From the human T2T-CHM13v2.0 reference genome, Homo sapiens, in contig CP068257.2 in assembly GCA_009914755.4 (NCBI GenBank), positions 40,768,001-40,832,000 on the forward strand: a stretch of DNA of 64,000 nucleotides, read 5' to 3'. The notes beneath the pieces were generated by a model. It saw only the letters and a list, made by a program, of their open reading frames with translations. It was not told where the DNA came from and searched no databases. Each line of letters begins with the position of its first letter. The first letter of the stretch is position 1. The position numbers and the translations under genes are program-made. Positions 1-14,830 of this stretch are shown here, piece by piece.

Positions 1-183
1 ATACAGAGACACAGGGGGCAAAGCCACGGGAGGAAGGAGGCTGAGGCTGGAGATCCAGCTACAAGCCCAGGAATGCCAGTGCAGCTGCAGCCGCCGCCAC
101 CAGAACCCAAAGGAAAGGGGTCAGAGCCTCCAGGAAAACCACCCTACAGACACCTCAACTGCGTGTGGAAATAAATCTCCACT

Positions 184-347
184 TTTTTTTTGTTTTGTTT
201 TGTTTTTTTAAACGCAAAGTCTCACTCTGTCACCCAGGATGGAGTATGATGGCATGATCACGGCTCACTGCAGCTTAGAATTCCTGGGCTCAAGCAATCC
301 CACCCCAGCCTCCTGAGTAGCTGGGACCACCATGTCAGGCTAATTTT
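184..347 (-). mobile_element. Alu fragment (right-arm half), antisense.
   Basis: It contains tctcactctgtcacccagg...gcctcctgagtagctggga. Confidence 0.8.
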
Positions 348-373
348 TGTTTGTTTGTTTGTTTGTTTGTTTT
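346..373. repeat. (TTTG)n simple repeat.
   Basis: Direct reading of the sequence. Confidence 0.9.
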
Positions 374-657
374 GAGATGGAGCCTTGCTCTGTCACCCAA
401 GCTGGAGTGGAGTGGCATGATCTCGGCTCACTGCAACCTCCGCCTCCTAGGTTCAAGTGATTCTACAGCCTCAGTCTCCTGAATAGCTGGGATTACAGGT
501 GTGCACCACCATGCCTGGCTAATTTTTGTATTTTTAGTAGAGACAGGGTCTCACCACATTGGCCAAGCTGGTCTCAAACTCCTGAACCTCAAATGGTCCA
601 CTTGCCTCGGCCTCCCAAAGTGCTGGGATTACAGGCATGAACCACTGCACCCGGCCC
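374..657 (-). mobile_element. Full-length Alu, antisense.
   Basis: It runs from gagatggagccttgctctgtcacccaagctggagtg to cactgcacccggcc. Confidence 0.9.
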
Positions 658-932
658 AGGCTAATTTTTTTAATTTTTTGTAGAGACAGGGTCTTGCCAT
701 GTTGCCCAGGCTGGTCTCAAACTCCTGGGCTCAAGCAATCCTCCTGCCTTGGCCTCCCAAAGTGCTGGGATTACAGGTGCATGCCACCATGCCTGGCTAA
801 TTTTTGTATTTTTTGTAGAGACGGTGTCTCTCTATGTTGCCCAGGCTGGTCTCAAACTAATGGCCTCAAGGGATCCCATAGACTCGGCCTCCCAAAATGC
901 TGGGACTACAGGTGTGAGGGAACACACCCGGC
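658..932 (-). mobile_element. Two tandem Alu left-monomer-like (FLAM-like) units, antisense.
   Basis: Two units of about 138 bp each end in gcctggc or cacccggcc, and each carries the ggcctcccaaagtgctgggattacagg motif. Confidence 0.7.
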
Positions 933-1504
933 CAATTTCCATCGTTTTAAGCCACGCAGACTGTGATAATTTGTCACGGCAGCCACGGAAAATGAATCCT
1001 CTTCCTACTAACAAAGAAAGTGATTGATGGAAAAACCTAAGACTCATGACCAGCTCTGTACCCACACTAAGGAAAGGGTGGCCCGGGCTTCATTTGCATG
1101 GACTATGGTTACTGCCACTCCTACTTCCCTTATTATTACAGCGATCTCATCTGCTGCTGCTTCCACTTGCTCTTTGTAGGATGAAAGAACACATCTTCCA
1201 AAGTCCCACAAGACAAAGAGTCTTCACAAATACGAATCTTTGAGTTCTGAATGAAGCCTGGGAGGGTTGTCTAGGTGGGCTCTGTATGTCCTCAGTTAAC
1301 AAGGCCGGGGGTCCGGGCAGGGAAAGGGAAACACCTGCTGTGTTCGAGAAGGTCTAACTCTCTCCTGAGAAGGTCTGCAGGGTCATGTTGTCCCCATAAC
1401 AATGGAACCGTGACTCCTGACCCACAGTTCCTTGGCTGACTGTGTCCCGAGCAGCTGACATGCACTCCCTGGCCGGGGTATCTGGGCAGCCCATGGGAAC
1501 ATCA

Positions 1505-1705
<201 letters not shown>

Positions 1706-3535
1706 TCACAACTCAATTGAAGCAGGAGTCCGAGAAAACAATCTCATCTATGCTTCTGCCTCTGAGGAGCCCAAACTATCTCCCAAGGGAAGGAAGGTCA
1801 AGCCCTTGGTTACTTGAAAACGATCAGCTCACAGCAGGAGCCCCTTACCCCATCCACCACACCCAGAGCACTTAAAACTGTAAAAGAGCCCTCCACCGTC
1901 GCAGCGTGAGGGAACCTAGACCAGGGTCAGCACACCTTTTGTGGAAAGGGCTGAATAGTCAATGTTGTAGGCTTCGTGGGCTGTGCGGTCTCTGGCTGCC
2001 ATTGGAGCATGAAGACAGCCCCAGGTAACAGGTACCCACATAGGTGTGGCTGTGTCCAGTAAAATGTCTATTTACCAAAACACGATGGGGCAGACCAGGC
2101 TCTCAGGCCAACGCGTGCCCACTCCTGGCTAGATCACAGTGTGGGTGTTGCTTATAGAACACGGCTCCATGAATATTGCTATGGTTCCTGGGATATCTGG
2201 AGGCGACGAGTTTGCCTGTGTGTAGGGCTGGATCCTGTGGGCCTCCCCCAAAGCCAGAGTGCCCTGCACATACCTCGGGCTTTCGTGTGAACACACCCTG
2301 AGGTTCCCCGAGCTTTTCTGTGCAGAACAGTAATGGAGAGGTAGAGAAGGAATAAAAGAACTCACTTGAAACTTTGGCAAAGTACAAGTGCTGGCACCTC
2401 ATTTCCTATAACCAATATCATTAATAATAGTTGGCAAACTGGCACCACCATAATCATTTTCCTGCTTCTCTGGAAATATTTGTTTCTGGGCATTACGTGT
2501 CCATGTGATGGATGCAGTAATGACTCTGCCAGGTAGAGCCTGCAGCTGGTCTCAGGTCAGGATTCTGCTTCAATAAGAGGGAATTAACCTATTTATTATG
2601 CTTTCCCTGCTTTCTTAAGAAGGAAAGAGGGCTTTAATTTAATTGGGAGTAGTCTCCTAGTACTTTGTTTGCATCTACGAGATGTTTGAAAGTTTTATCA
2701 GGTGTGGCTCTTCTGGCATTTTCGTAATGTCCAGAGGGCAGGGCTTGACTTTTTCAAGAAACAGGGTCTTTAGGAGCTGCTGGTTGGGAGAGAACTTTTC
2801 TGTACTTCCAGGGAGCTGAGGGTGCCCAGCATCTTTCAGCTTGTAAAGAAATGAGAGGACTCCACCACACCACCTGGCCAGCCTGGGAGGTTCTGTTTCT
2901 CAACCAAGATGGCCCCTCTACCTGGAGAAACCAGGCAGGTGGGAGGCACTGGCTGAGTGACCCCTCCACAATAGGCTCCTGGACAGGAAAGTGCTCTTTG
3001 TCCCTACAGATGGATGACTCTCTTCCACCACCTAGAGGCCCCAGCTGGTCTGGCCTCAAGAAGCTCTTTCTGCCTCCAGGTGGCACCAACAGGGAGAAGG
3101 TGGCACCAACAGGGAGAAGGTGGCACCAGACAAAGCACACAGCCCACGAAGGCTCTAAAATTATCGTTGGAACTACAGCCCACCAATCTACCTGGCAGAG
3201 TCATCAGTGCATTCATTCTGTAGGCCAGGATCTACAAACTACATTTAAACAGGGTAACATTGAAAATGTAGGTAGGACTCAAGTCTGCAAACATGAGAGC
3301 CACATTGTCCAGGATACAATTGAAAATCACTTGTCATACCAAGAGCTAGGAGCATCACAATTTTAATGAGAAAAGATAATCAACTGATGCCAACACCAAC
3401 ATGAATCAGGAGTTGGAATTATTAATATCTGACAAGGATTATAAAGCAGCCATCATAAGAATGCTTCAATGAGCAATTGCAAATCCTCTTGAAACAAAGG
3501 AAGAGCTGCAGAACCACATAGAGACCCAGATGTAC

Positions 3536-3705
3536 CATTGAACGTGAGTGGCCCGGCCAGCTTCATAAGGGCGATGTCATTGCCCAGCCTCTTTGGCTTG
3601 TACTTGCTGTGGTAGACAATCTTCTCCACCAAGTGGGATGGGGCTGGATTGTCCAACAGGGAAACTAGACCCACCTGGATGGTCCATGACTTGGGGAGGT
3701 ACAAG
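3536..3705 (-). CDS. TMPRSS3: TMPRSS3 exon 9 (catalytic Asp region): (D)[56 protein letters not shown](E).
   Basis: It contains the NDIAL catalytic aspartate motif. It matches ORF-track 3453..3815(-). The acceptor is read from ctg at plus 3706-3708, and the donor GTACAT from atgtac at plus 3530-3535. Confidence 0.9.
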
Positions 3706-4502
3706 CTGAAATGAGAAGAGCAAGAGGTGAAGCACAGGAAAAGTCCAACCACTGAACTCATTGACCTCAGGTATCCTGAAAACCTAGGAAGATGGTGGGA
3801 GAGGTTATCAGGCAAGATGTGGTCCCATCACCCTGCTTGTTTATGCTGTATATGCAACTGCACTGCCACGCCCTACAGAAACACAGACCCACACCCCATG
3901 TGTTTCCCAGACCTCACTCTCAGCACCTCTGAGGTCGTCTTGGCATTTGAGGGCTGAACTCAACATTGGTCACTGCAAGGAGTCTATCAGGCACCACTGT
4001 TCATCAAACAGCAACAAAATAGGGGGTAAAAATATCAGGGAGAACCATTGTGTTTGGAAGTCTTTTCTGTAGTTTTCTTGCACTCTAAACTCCTGAGATT
4101 TTAAGAAGAGACCCAGTACCTGGCCCCCAACATATTACCTCTAGCCTCCCGCACCACTGTCTCACCCTGTCTCTGCCATAACATGGTCCACTGGAATTAG
4201 CTATGGGAAGGTCTAGGTCCTTTCATTTTTGTGGGTTTCCTCCAGCACAGGAGCTTCCTTCCTCTTCTGTCTGCCCTTTCTCTAGGAGCTACAATCCTTA
4301 AAACAAGCTCAGGGTCACAAGTTACCCCCAGCTGATGATGATGGGTCCACAGTGAGGCTGGAGACTCCTCTCCAACTGTACATTACTTGGAGGTTAGTCT
4401 CTCTGTCTTCCCTCTGGACCCGCTTCTCACCACCCAAAGCAGCCCCACCCTGACATGACCCAGGAGTGAACAGGGGTCTGGGAAGATGGTCAGCAGCACT
4501 CA

Positions 4503-4763
<261 letters not shown>

Positions 4764-5440
4764 TCACTGCCCCCGCTCCCAGAGCTCACAGCAGCTCTAA
4801 GACAAGTGCTGCAAGGGGGAGCTCAGCAGGGGAGGTGGTCAGGCTCTTGGGGAGACCTGAGGATGGTGGGTGCTGTGGAGGATGCGGTGGGAAAAGCACC
4901 TGCCCTGCTTGGTCAGTGCCCAGCATTGGCAGCACCACTCCCCATCCTATTCCCCCAGTGATGACAACACCCTGGGATGTCAGGAGCAGGCAGGAACCTT
5001 CTGCAGCCCCCTCCTCACTGCCGCTGGTGCACGCACCTCCCTGACTGCTCCAGACCCCACCCTTGTGGTGTGAACACTCCCCTCTGCCAGGAACGAGGGG
5101 CACTGCCCGAGGCCTGGAGTGGGCACTGTGCACGTGTAAGGAGGAAGTGGGAACTGAGTCAGGGACTCAAGGCTCTTCAGAGTGATGGGACATCATGGGC
5201 CTTGGTCCTGTCCGCTGCTAATGAGTTGCTCTGGCTGTCTCCCCCACCTGACAGGTGAGGCCGACAGGTGAGGATGACACTGCTCCCCTCCTCCAGCAGG
5301 TAGGGGTACACAGAGTTCCCGCCTGGCACCCAGGAGGAAGGGATACAGAGCCCCATGGGGGGAGAGGACTCTGAGGGCAAGGAGATAGGACTTAGCATGT
5401 GCTTGCTCCCCCTGGACCCCTGCCTTTCTGGAACTCTTAC

Positions 5441-5484
5441 CTGTGCACTGCAAGGTAACCACGTGGCCAGAGGCACATCCCTCC
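5441..5484 (-). CDS. TMPRSS3: TMPRSS3 exon 7 (44-nt micro-exon): (R)EGCASGHVVTLQCT(A).
   Basis: The acceptor cttTAG is read from ctaaag at plus 5485-5490, and the donor GTAAGAG from ctcttac at plus 5434-5440. The exon joins exon 6 (VYVR) to exon 8 (ACGHRRG) in frame. It is too short to stand out in the ORF track. Confidence 0.85.
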
Positions 5485-6475
5485 CTAAAGCGGAGAAAAA
5501 GTAGGCTCTGTGAAAAATGCCCCAGATCTGTGAAAGGAACACTCTTAAAAACTCAATCTTAGGGTAACAGAAAAATAAATTCTATTTCCCCCTCTTTGAA
5601 TATAGATTACAATTTTAGTCTATGTTCAAAAAAAAAAAAACCATGAGGATGAGGTCACACAATTCATTGTAAAACACTCAACTAACAGTGAAGTATTGTG
5701 TACACAACAGGCCGTTCTGTATTTCTAAGCTTTAGATAGCTAGTGATAAAGGATGTGTAAGGAGATATATTCTGTCAACATGTCACGCTGTCATTGCATG
5801 GCGATTCAGCCCAATGTTCTCCACCTCCTGGCCCCTAGGGACACAAGAGTGCCCAAGGGACAGCGTGGCAAGCTCTCTAGGACTCCTTGTAGCCTGGGTT
5901 CACACATCTGGCAGAGGACTCCTTCCCCAGAGCAATAAAGTGTGATTGCCCCAAAATTGACACTCCTACCCCCACCCCCACACACAGGTGGAGACCAGGG
6001 TGTGTGCTTTTCTCATAGTGAAGGGAAAGGGATCCCAAAATCTTTGTAATGTTTTCTGCCTTTTGAGCCCCAGCTCATCATGCAAGAGAAAGCTAGTGTC
6101 ACCAGACTGTGGATTTAGCACCCAACACATGAGCTGTCCCTCCAGACTGCAGGTGGGTCCCGGGGTGCTTATTCATCCCCGACGGACAGACCAACAAGCC
6201 TACTGTTCCCAGAGCAGAAAATGCACATCTTAGGGTTTGGGCCTAGATGTCAGGGAGAGAATATGGAATTGGATTCAGAACTCTTGGCTGTATCTGCTAC
6301 ACACCGTCTAACCTGGGGCAAGGCATGTGGTCCCTGTAAGTTTCAGTTACCTGGTGGTTATTTAAGAACACCTGGTTTTACCTTCCCCATGAGTTGTTGG
6401 GGAAAACATGTAAAATAAATAATGAATGCTAAAATACTTCGTAAACAAAGAAGGATAAATTTCTATCTTAATTTC

Positions 6476-6672
6476 TGTTTTTCTTCCTTTTACCCTCCCT
6501 CTCTTCCTCCCTCCCTCCCTTCCTTCCTTCCTCCCTCTCTTCCTCCCTCCCTCCCTTCCTTCCTTCCTCCCTCTCTTCCTCCCTCCCTCCCTTCCTTCCT
6601 TCCTCCCTCTCTTCCTCCCTCCCTCCCTCCCTTCCTCTTTTCCTCCCCACCCCCCTTCTTGCTTGCCTGCTT
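6476..6672. repeat. Near-pure polypyrimidine (TCCC/TTCC)n tract of about 195 bp, with a 40-bp higher-order unit repeated about 4 times.
   Basis: Direct reading. The ORF track shows the repeat-derived translations GREGGRKRGRKE and PPSLPPSLPSFL. Confidence 0.9.
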
Positions 6673-6965
6673 TCATTCCCCAGACACACCCAGAGTGCCT
6701 GTCACATGACAGTACATTGGTCACACTCACAGCATTGTTACCCTTCTACTCTATTTCCTTCCCTTTCTTTATTGGGCCATACTCCCTCAGGTTCTCACAC
6801 CCCCAGCCTGGCGCATCCACCAGTCTCATCGAGGTGGCCAACTCCCACCTTCCATCTGAGATAACACATGCATGCCTCTTAAGTCCTTGTGGAGTTGTGC
6901 ATAGCATCACAAATCCAGCAGGTGACTCGATACCTGTGCAGACAACAGCATCGCCTGACCACCTA

Positions 6966-7163
<198 letters not shown>

Positions 7164-8336
7164 TCACAATATTACAGGGATTGTACATGGGGGATGTCAT
7201 TTTGTCCCCCCAAACCCATCAAAGGCTTCCTTTGCCAAGAGAATGAAGTTCACTCACCCTGGCAAGGCATTCAGTCCAGGCCTGCTGTGTTCTGGGATGA
7301 CCCCCGCTTCTGGCCTGTACCTGACAGCCCCGTCCACCCACCCTGGGCTGCAGCCACACAGTGAGTGACCATCTCCTATGTCCTTGGTTGAGTCACTCTT
7401 TGCGCATTCCAGTGAAATGCCTTTTGCTTGGCCTGAAGCAAGTCCAGAGGGGAGGTGAGCACAAAACTAGGTGCAGTATTGTCGGGGGGCACCCAAGCAG
7501 GGACACCAAGTTCTCCAAGAACAGTGAGTTGGAGGAACAGGAGAGACATCCCTCACCTGCCCAGGACCAGCGCAGAGCCCCACTGGAAAGAGATGAACAC
7601 AAACAAGAAAGCGATTCCACGAACACCAGAGCCCAGCTCATGTTTACAGTGCCAGGACACAGGTCTTCTGGAGAACAGTGGTGAAAGTGATGCAACTTTT
7701 TAAAAAAGAATCACATGTTTGGAGAGTCACAAGATGGAAGATGGTGAATAAACAGCCATGTTCTCCTTCCCTTGTGAAATGAACAAAACACAGTACAGTA
7801 GGCTTGTTTTCATAGTGAACACACCAGCTTATCAACAGGATTTCTTCAGCTTACTGTAAATGCTATGGGGGTGTGTATGTAGAATACAAAGTTCAGTCAA
7901 CTTTGAGTTTTGAGGAAAATGTAATCAAGGCGGCGGGCACGACCTTCGCAGCCCTTCCAGGGATTGCTCAATGCACGGATTCCGCTGGCACTGGCATGAA
8001 AGAGCCGATGGTTGCTGGGATGGCTTGGCCCCAGTGCAGGTGGCGGGGCTTGTGCCAGGCAAGGGGACCCCAGTGCTGCAACTGGAGCCCCATGAACTGT
8101 CCAAGTCTCAAAATGGTAACAATGACAGCCACAACCACACACTCGCCCAGTGTGCTCTTGCCCACCAAGCCCTTCCACACTCACAGTGTCAGCGGAACTT
8201 CAGTTCCCCTCCAAGTACGTGCTATTATCATCCCTCTTTTCTAAGAAAGGAAACTGAGGCATGAACTGTGTGTGGAACTTGCCTGAGTCTACACTGGGAT
8301 TTGAACCCAAGCAATCTAGCTTGACCGTCCTTTGGT

Positions 8337-8366
8337 TATTTATTTATTTATTTATTTATTTATTTT
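8337..8366. repeat. (TTTA)n.
   Basis: Direct reading of the sequence. Confidence 0.9.
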
Positions 8367-8924
8367 TGAATCACAGATCTCTGACATAGGATGTAGTAGA
8401 GCAGAGAAGATTAAAGAAGGATTTTAAGGAGAATTTAAGAAAATAGAACAAAATGCAGAAATAAATCTTAGAAACTGAAGCAATGGATAGAGAACAAAAG
8501 AACAAGCCTATAGAGAAGAAAGTAGGCAATATTGGGGTGAGAGATGGGGGACATCGCATTCCCTGGATTTCCTTGTAGAGGGAGCATATTAAGGATGAGA
8601 AGGAATATTTTACCAAACGGGCTGGGGTGGAAGAGAGACGGGAAGGCTACCCCCACCATGAGGTGGCCTCTACCTGATGCCTGGGACAGCTGGGGCTCCT
8701 GACTTGGGTCTGCTGGGTGGGGAAGGAGAGGGATTGAGCTGAGTTTTTCTGCATAACAGAGCAGAGAGGCCTTGGGGTTTGCTCAGACAGAGCGGTGGTC
8801 CTCCAGGACAGAGGAGGAGGGCAGAGAGAAGAGAAAAGGAGGCCCCCCAACACCCCCCACCCAATGAGTCAGAGGAAGAGGCTCAGCGGGGAAGAGAAAT
8901 GCCCAATGGGGAAGCTCTCAGCTG

Positions 8925-8930
<6 letters not shown>

Positions 8931-8968
<38 letters not shown>
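8931..8968. repeat. (GT)19 microsatellite in TMPRSS3 intron 5.
   Basis: Direct reading of the sequence. Confidence 0.95.
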
Positions 8969-8970
<2 letters not shown>

Positions 8971-9972
8971 CTCTTCCTCCTTGTCTCTAAGGAGTAATAC
9001 ATCATTCCTGAAGACGTTAGTGTGGATGATTTTTGCTCTTCTCATTGAACTTGAATTGCAGCTCATTTCTGAATCTCAGTTGGTGTGGAGGGAGAGGGAG
9101 GCAGACCTCAGGGCTGGAGGCTGGAGGGCATTTTGGCTTCCACCAGCTTTGGGGAAAGACAGCCGAGAATATGATTCATGGAATTTGAAAACTGAGACTC
9201 TGTGGAGGACTCAGGGCAGTGTGGCTTTAACGACCCCATCTACTTGAGTGCAAAGCAGAATGCAGCCTGCCTGCTTTGAGTGCTGAGACTTGAGAGCAAA
9301 GGGGAGTAAGGAGGCTGCTAGGGGAACCCGTGGAAGTACAGCGGCCGCAGGAAGTCAGAAGGAAGGGGCCAGGGGAGAGAAGGAGGCCCATGCCTAGGCC
9401 AAAACTGTGTCACTCCAATGCAAAAAATCATGTAGGCAACACAAACACTAAAAAGTGAATAGTCAACTGTTATAGTTCTTTGTTCTACATGTTGCTAAAC
9501 AAGTGTTTTGGATGATTGTGTCTTCACTAAATTTCTGACTTTCAACAATTGGTTCTGTGGGGTTCTTGGGGAAGCGTGCATGGACATTGATGTGACCGCC
9601 AGGACCAAGCAGGAAAGTGTCCAGGAAGCTACTCTAGGAGCTGCAAGCTGAGGAGCTGGAGGGTTTTTTGGTTTTGTTTTTGTTTTCTACTTTGAAACTT
9701 TTTATTGCATGTTCGTATCTCCGATCCTGGCCTGGCCCTGGGAACCCCCAAACATGCCACTTCCCATGTGCCTTGAGCAAGTCACTTAGCCTGTCTGGCC
9801 TTGGTTTGCTTGCCTGTGAAGTGAGGATGATATCGGGCATCCTAAGGTGGATGTGAGGATGTAATCTGAGAGCGTTAAAGCACCCAATAGTGCCCAACTA
9901 AATGGTAGTTGTCTTTCTTTATTGTTATCCTCTCTGTGTTTTGCCCATGGGTTGGAAATGCTCTTTAACTTA

Positions 9973-10122
<150 letters not shown>

Positions 10123-10428
10123 TTATTAGTGGCCAGTGGAACCCTGAGACCATAGGCAGGGGTTTCTCCACAGCCAGCTCAAACCCCTCCTCTGCCAAAT
10201 CTGACCCACTTCTTGTCCACGGCAGCCTCCCCATCACAGAGCAGTGACTCTGGATCCCTGAGACTTCTCGCTGGTCTCATCTTATTGCTTATGTGGTCTC
10301 CCCAAGAGAGCCAGAGCTCCATGGAAGGCCCTCCCTGACCCCCCAGCCCAACATGTCTTTGGGCAAACGCCAGTTCAATCCCAGCTGAAGACATGACCTA
10401 AAAATGGCAATGACTTGGACCCATTTTA

Positions 10429-10641
<213 letters not shown>

Positions 10642-11459
10642 TTAACCAACAGCTCTTTCAGAGTGCAACACTAACAACTGTCCCCCTGCCACACAGTGCG
10701 GAGCTGGCCCGTGAATAATGAAACCTGTATTGAAATTGCGTCCCTGTCAGCAGCCTGTTTCCTGCAGCCCAGTTTCTGTTTTGAATTCCAAGGGGTGCGG
10801 CTGCTGTGCCCCACTTTATCTCGCTATGTGGCCTGGCCCAGGAACCACAGTGCAAGGTGAATTTAGACTCTGGAGGTCTCAAGGTCAAGAGAGAAACTGC
10901 ATGGCGGGGGGCCGACCTGCTGAGCCAGCCGAGCAAGGAGTCCTGACTGAGAACTGCTCGGCCTTCCTGGTTTCTCTTACCGAAGGCAGAAAGTGAACGA
11001 AGTGTGGACCACACAGTGGGGCAGGTGGCGAATTGAACTGACCTGTGATTCAGGTATTTGAAAGAAAAATTGTTCCCTATTAGAGACCCTCCATCCAAAT
11101 GACCCACTTTCTCAAAAGCCACATGCACCTTATTGTAAAAACAGCTGGTGCGCCTGCATTGCATGAATAGGTCTCTTTGTCTTCTCCCCGCTGCCCCGGT
11201 CAGTGCCTCCCTCCCACCTGCAGGATTCTATTTCATCAGCTGCCTTTGGCCACTCCTAACCGGGCAGGTTCCTTGGTGACAAAGCCATGAGCATGGCCAG
11301 CAGCCCTTGCGGCACCCCAGACTGACTTTACATTCATGTGGGCAAATAAAACTTCAAGTCAGCAAACCAAAAGGATGTTTGCCTCCAGTAATTAAGGCTG
11401 GGCAGCAGCAAAATGCTGGGATGAGAGGGGGCGCTCATGAAAGTTTAACTACTTGGCTA

Positions 11460-11669
<210 letters not shown>

Positions 11670-11799
11670 TTACAAATTTAACTATCCTTTCCCCCTCCCC
11701 TCTTTGCAGAGAAGTCTCAGCCCAAAGAAAGGTGCCTTAATTAGGGAAAGGGCCACCCACCAAGGGGCACATTCTCTAGTTCAGTCCTACCTGCTCCAC

Positions 11800-12640
<841 letters not shown>

Positions 12641-12766
12641 AGGGGAAGTAGCATCCCAACTTCCAAGGCTGTTTCCCTGCAGAGGAGGGGGTGAAACCCA
12701 CACGGGGGGCTTGCAGGCAGAGGTAGTGCTGAGATCTCCCAGAGGAGATGCAAGGACAAGATGTTG

Positions 12767-12916
12767 ATTTTTGTTTGTTTGTTTAAATTTTTTCTTATAG
12801 AGATGGGGATCTCACTATGTTGCTCAGGCTGATGTCAAACTCCTGGGCTCAAGTGATTCTCCCCACTTGACTCTCCAAAGTACTGGGATTACAAGCGTGA
12901 GCCACCATGTCCAGCC
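12767..12916 (-). mobile_element. Alu monomer fragment, antisense.
   Basis: It contains atggggatctcactatgttgctcaggctg...gtactgggattacaagcgtgagccaccatgtccagcc. Confidence 0.75.
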
Positions 12917-14617
12917 GAGGACAGGATGTTGATACACCATTCTCCACAATTGCTGTGCACAGACACTGACAGCTTTCATTCCAGATCATCTCTTCAAGAA
13001 TGTGTGTAGAGCAAACAGCCTTGGAAGATACAGATAGCGTCTCCCTCCAGAGCAAGAGGCAGGTTTGTTTACTGTCCAGTTTAACAAATATAATGCCTTC
13101 CTCCAGAGCAAAGTTTGCACAGGTCTGCTTGCAGACCACTGTAAAGATGAGGGTTCCCTTAACTCTGGGATATGCAGCAGCAATGCAAACTGCCTGCACG
13201 TGCGGCATACACAGGCTGCTCCACATGCCTCTGTGGGACTGAGAAGGCAAAGGCAGCCAGCACAAACAGGATATTTGTGCCCCTTGCTGCACTGTGAGGA
13301 ATAGAGTCCTTTGTCTCTGACCCAGGACTCTCGTGTCTTCCAAAGCACCCATGAAACTGTGGCAGGCTAAATTTTGGCTTGCAAGTAGGGTGACATCTCA
13401 GGCCCTTTACAGTTCTTGCCCCTAGAACCAGGCAAATCTGGTGGAAACAATATGTAAGGAGTGTCCAGATGCCTGGCCAGAAGTATAAGCCTCTCTGGGC
13501 AGCAGGAGAATTCCCACTAGCACTCTTCCCTCCTGGGGAGAGCAGGCCATTTCACCTAAATTACCTCATCAATCCTAAAAATACATGAATGCCCAAGTTG
13601 TCTTTGTTAAAAATAAGGAAGATTGGAATCCAGAAAGGGGAGAGAAGCCTGCCCAGGGTCACACAATTGCCCAGGATGAGACTGGCACCTGCCTCTCTTC
13701 TCCTAGTCTTGGACATGTTGAGCCGAGAGCTCTGTCATGGAAGAGCTAAAAAGATCTTTCCCTGCCTGACCGTGGAGACTCACAACTTCTACCCTCTGGC
13801 AATAAGGAGTGTGATAATGAAATGATCAATATCAGTTGAGGCTGCCTAAGAAAGAAGAGAATTTGAAGACAAAAATGATGAAAAGACATGGAATGCGAGG
13901 AGAAAAGAGTGTGCAGAGGAGAGGGTGAGCAGGAGATGGAGGAAGAGCAGGGAAATAGAAGCTGCACTTCGCAGATGTGGAGGCTGTGAGGAACGCAGAG
14001 TGAGGGAGGATGAGAGACCGTGGCAAGTTCTGTGTTTTAGGCCTGGACAAGCTCAGTGGTTTGTTGAAGCTGCATTATCCATACCTAGAACAGCAGGGGA
14101 CACACAGTAGTCCTTGATAAAAATGTGCTAGATGAATGAATGACATCATGATAATGAAGGCCGTTTTAACTCAGGGTCTGAGACCAAGTCCTTCCAGGAC
14201 AGCCCATCTGCGGTGGTGAGCTGGCAGAAAGGATCCTCTCTCCACCCTCACACCTCGATCCCCCGCACACTAACAATTCTCCTCTATAAGGATGCCCACC
14301 CTTCGTCTTATACTTAGAAATCTGCAGGAACCCCAGGAATGACATCTTCACATTCCAGCTGCTCTGTATTTAAGTTGGATTTAGAAAATGACCCCAAATT
14401 GTCAAATCAAAGATTGACATTTAATCGAAAGGCTGTGTCAGTTCCCGTTTGCCCTGCTTCTCTGTCAGGCTGCCCTGAGGGCACTGCAGGGGCCCCACGC
14501 CTCCTCTGTGCTTGGTCCTTGAGGACATTGCCTGGAATAAACAATGAAATGTACAGCATTTCTCCAAAGAAGGAATGCAAATGGCGCACAAGTATGAAAA
14601 AGCTTTCAACTTCTTGA

Positions 14618-14830
14618 CCAGCCTGCCCAACACGGTGAAACCCACCTCTACTAAAAATACAAAAATTAGCTGGGTGTGGGGGCATGTGCCTGTAATTCCA
14701 GCAACTCAGGAGGCCGAGGCAAGAGAATCGCTTGAACCCGGGCGGTTGGAGGTTGCAGTGAGCCGAGATCACGCCATTGCACTCCAGCCTGGGCGACAGA
14801 GCGAGACCTCGTCTCAAGAAAAAGAAAAAA
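14618..14830 (+). mobile_element. 5'-truncated Alu flanked by a perfect 20-bp target-site duplication (aaaagctttcaacttcttga at 14597-14616 and 14831-14850).
   Basis: The Alu body begins at ccagcctgcccaacacggtgaaaccc, ends in a poly-A tail, and is flanked by an identical direct repeat. Confidence 0.9.

Noticed and set aside
1044-1231. A possible in-frame alternative terminal exon for TMPRSS3 on the minus strand. The acceptor tttcatcctacaaag is followed by 42 codons ([42 protein letters not shown]) and then a stop, in phase with exon 10.
   Set aside because: The frame match has a 1-in-3 chance. The peptide has no protease-domain similarity, and the canonical exons 11-13 (AGDASP...GDSGGP...) are expected just outside the window. 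There is no evidence beyond an acceptable acceptor, so it is not called.
6362-6730. ORFs encoding GREGGRKRGRKEG or PPSLPPSLPSFL periodic peptides.
   Set aside because: They are translations of the (TCCC/TTCC)n polypyrimidine tract on the two strands.
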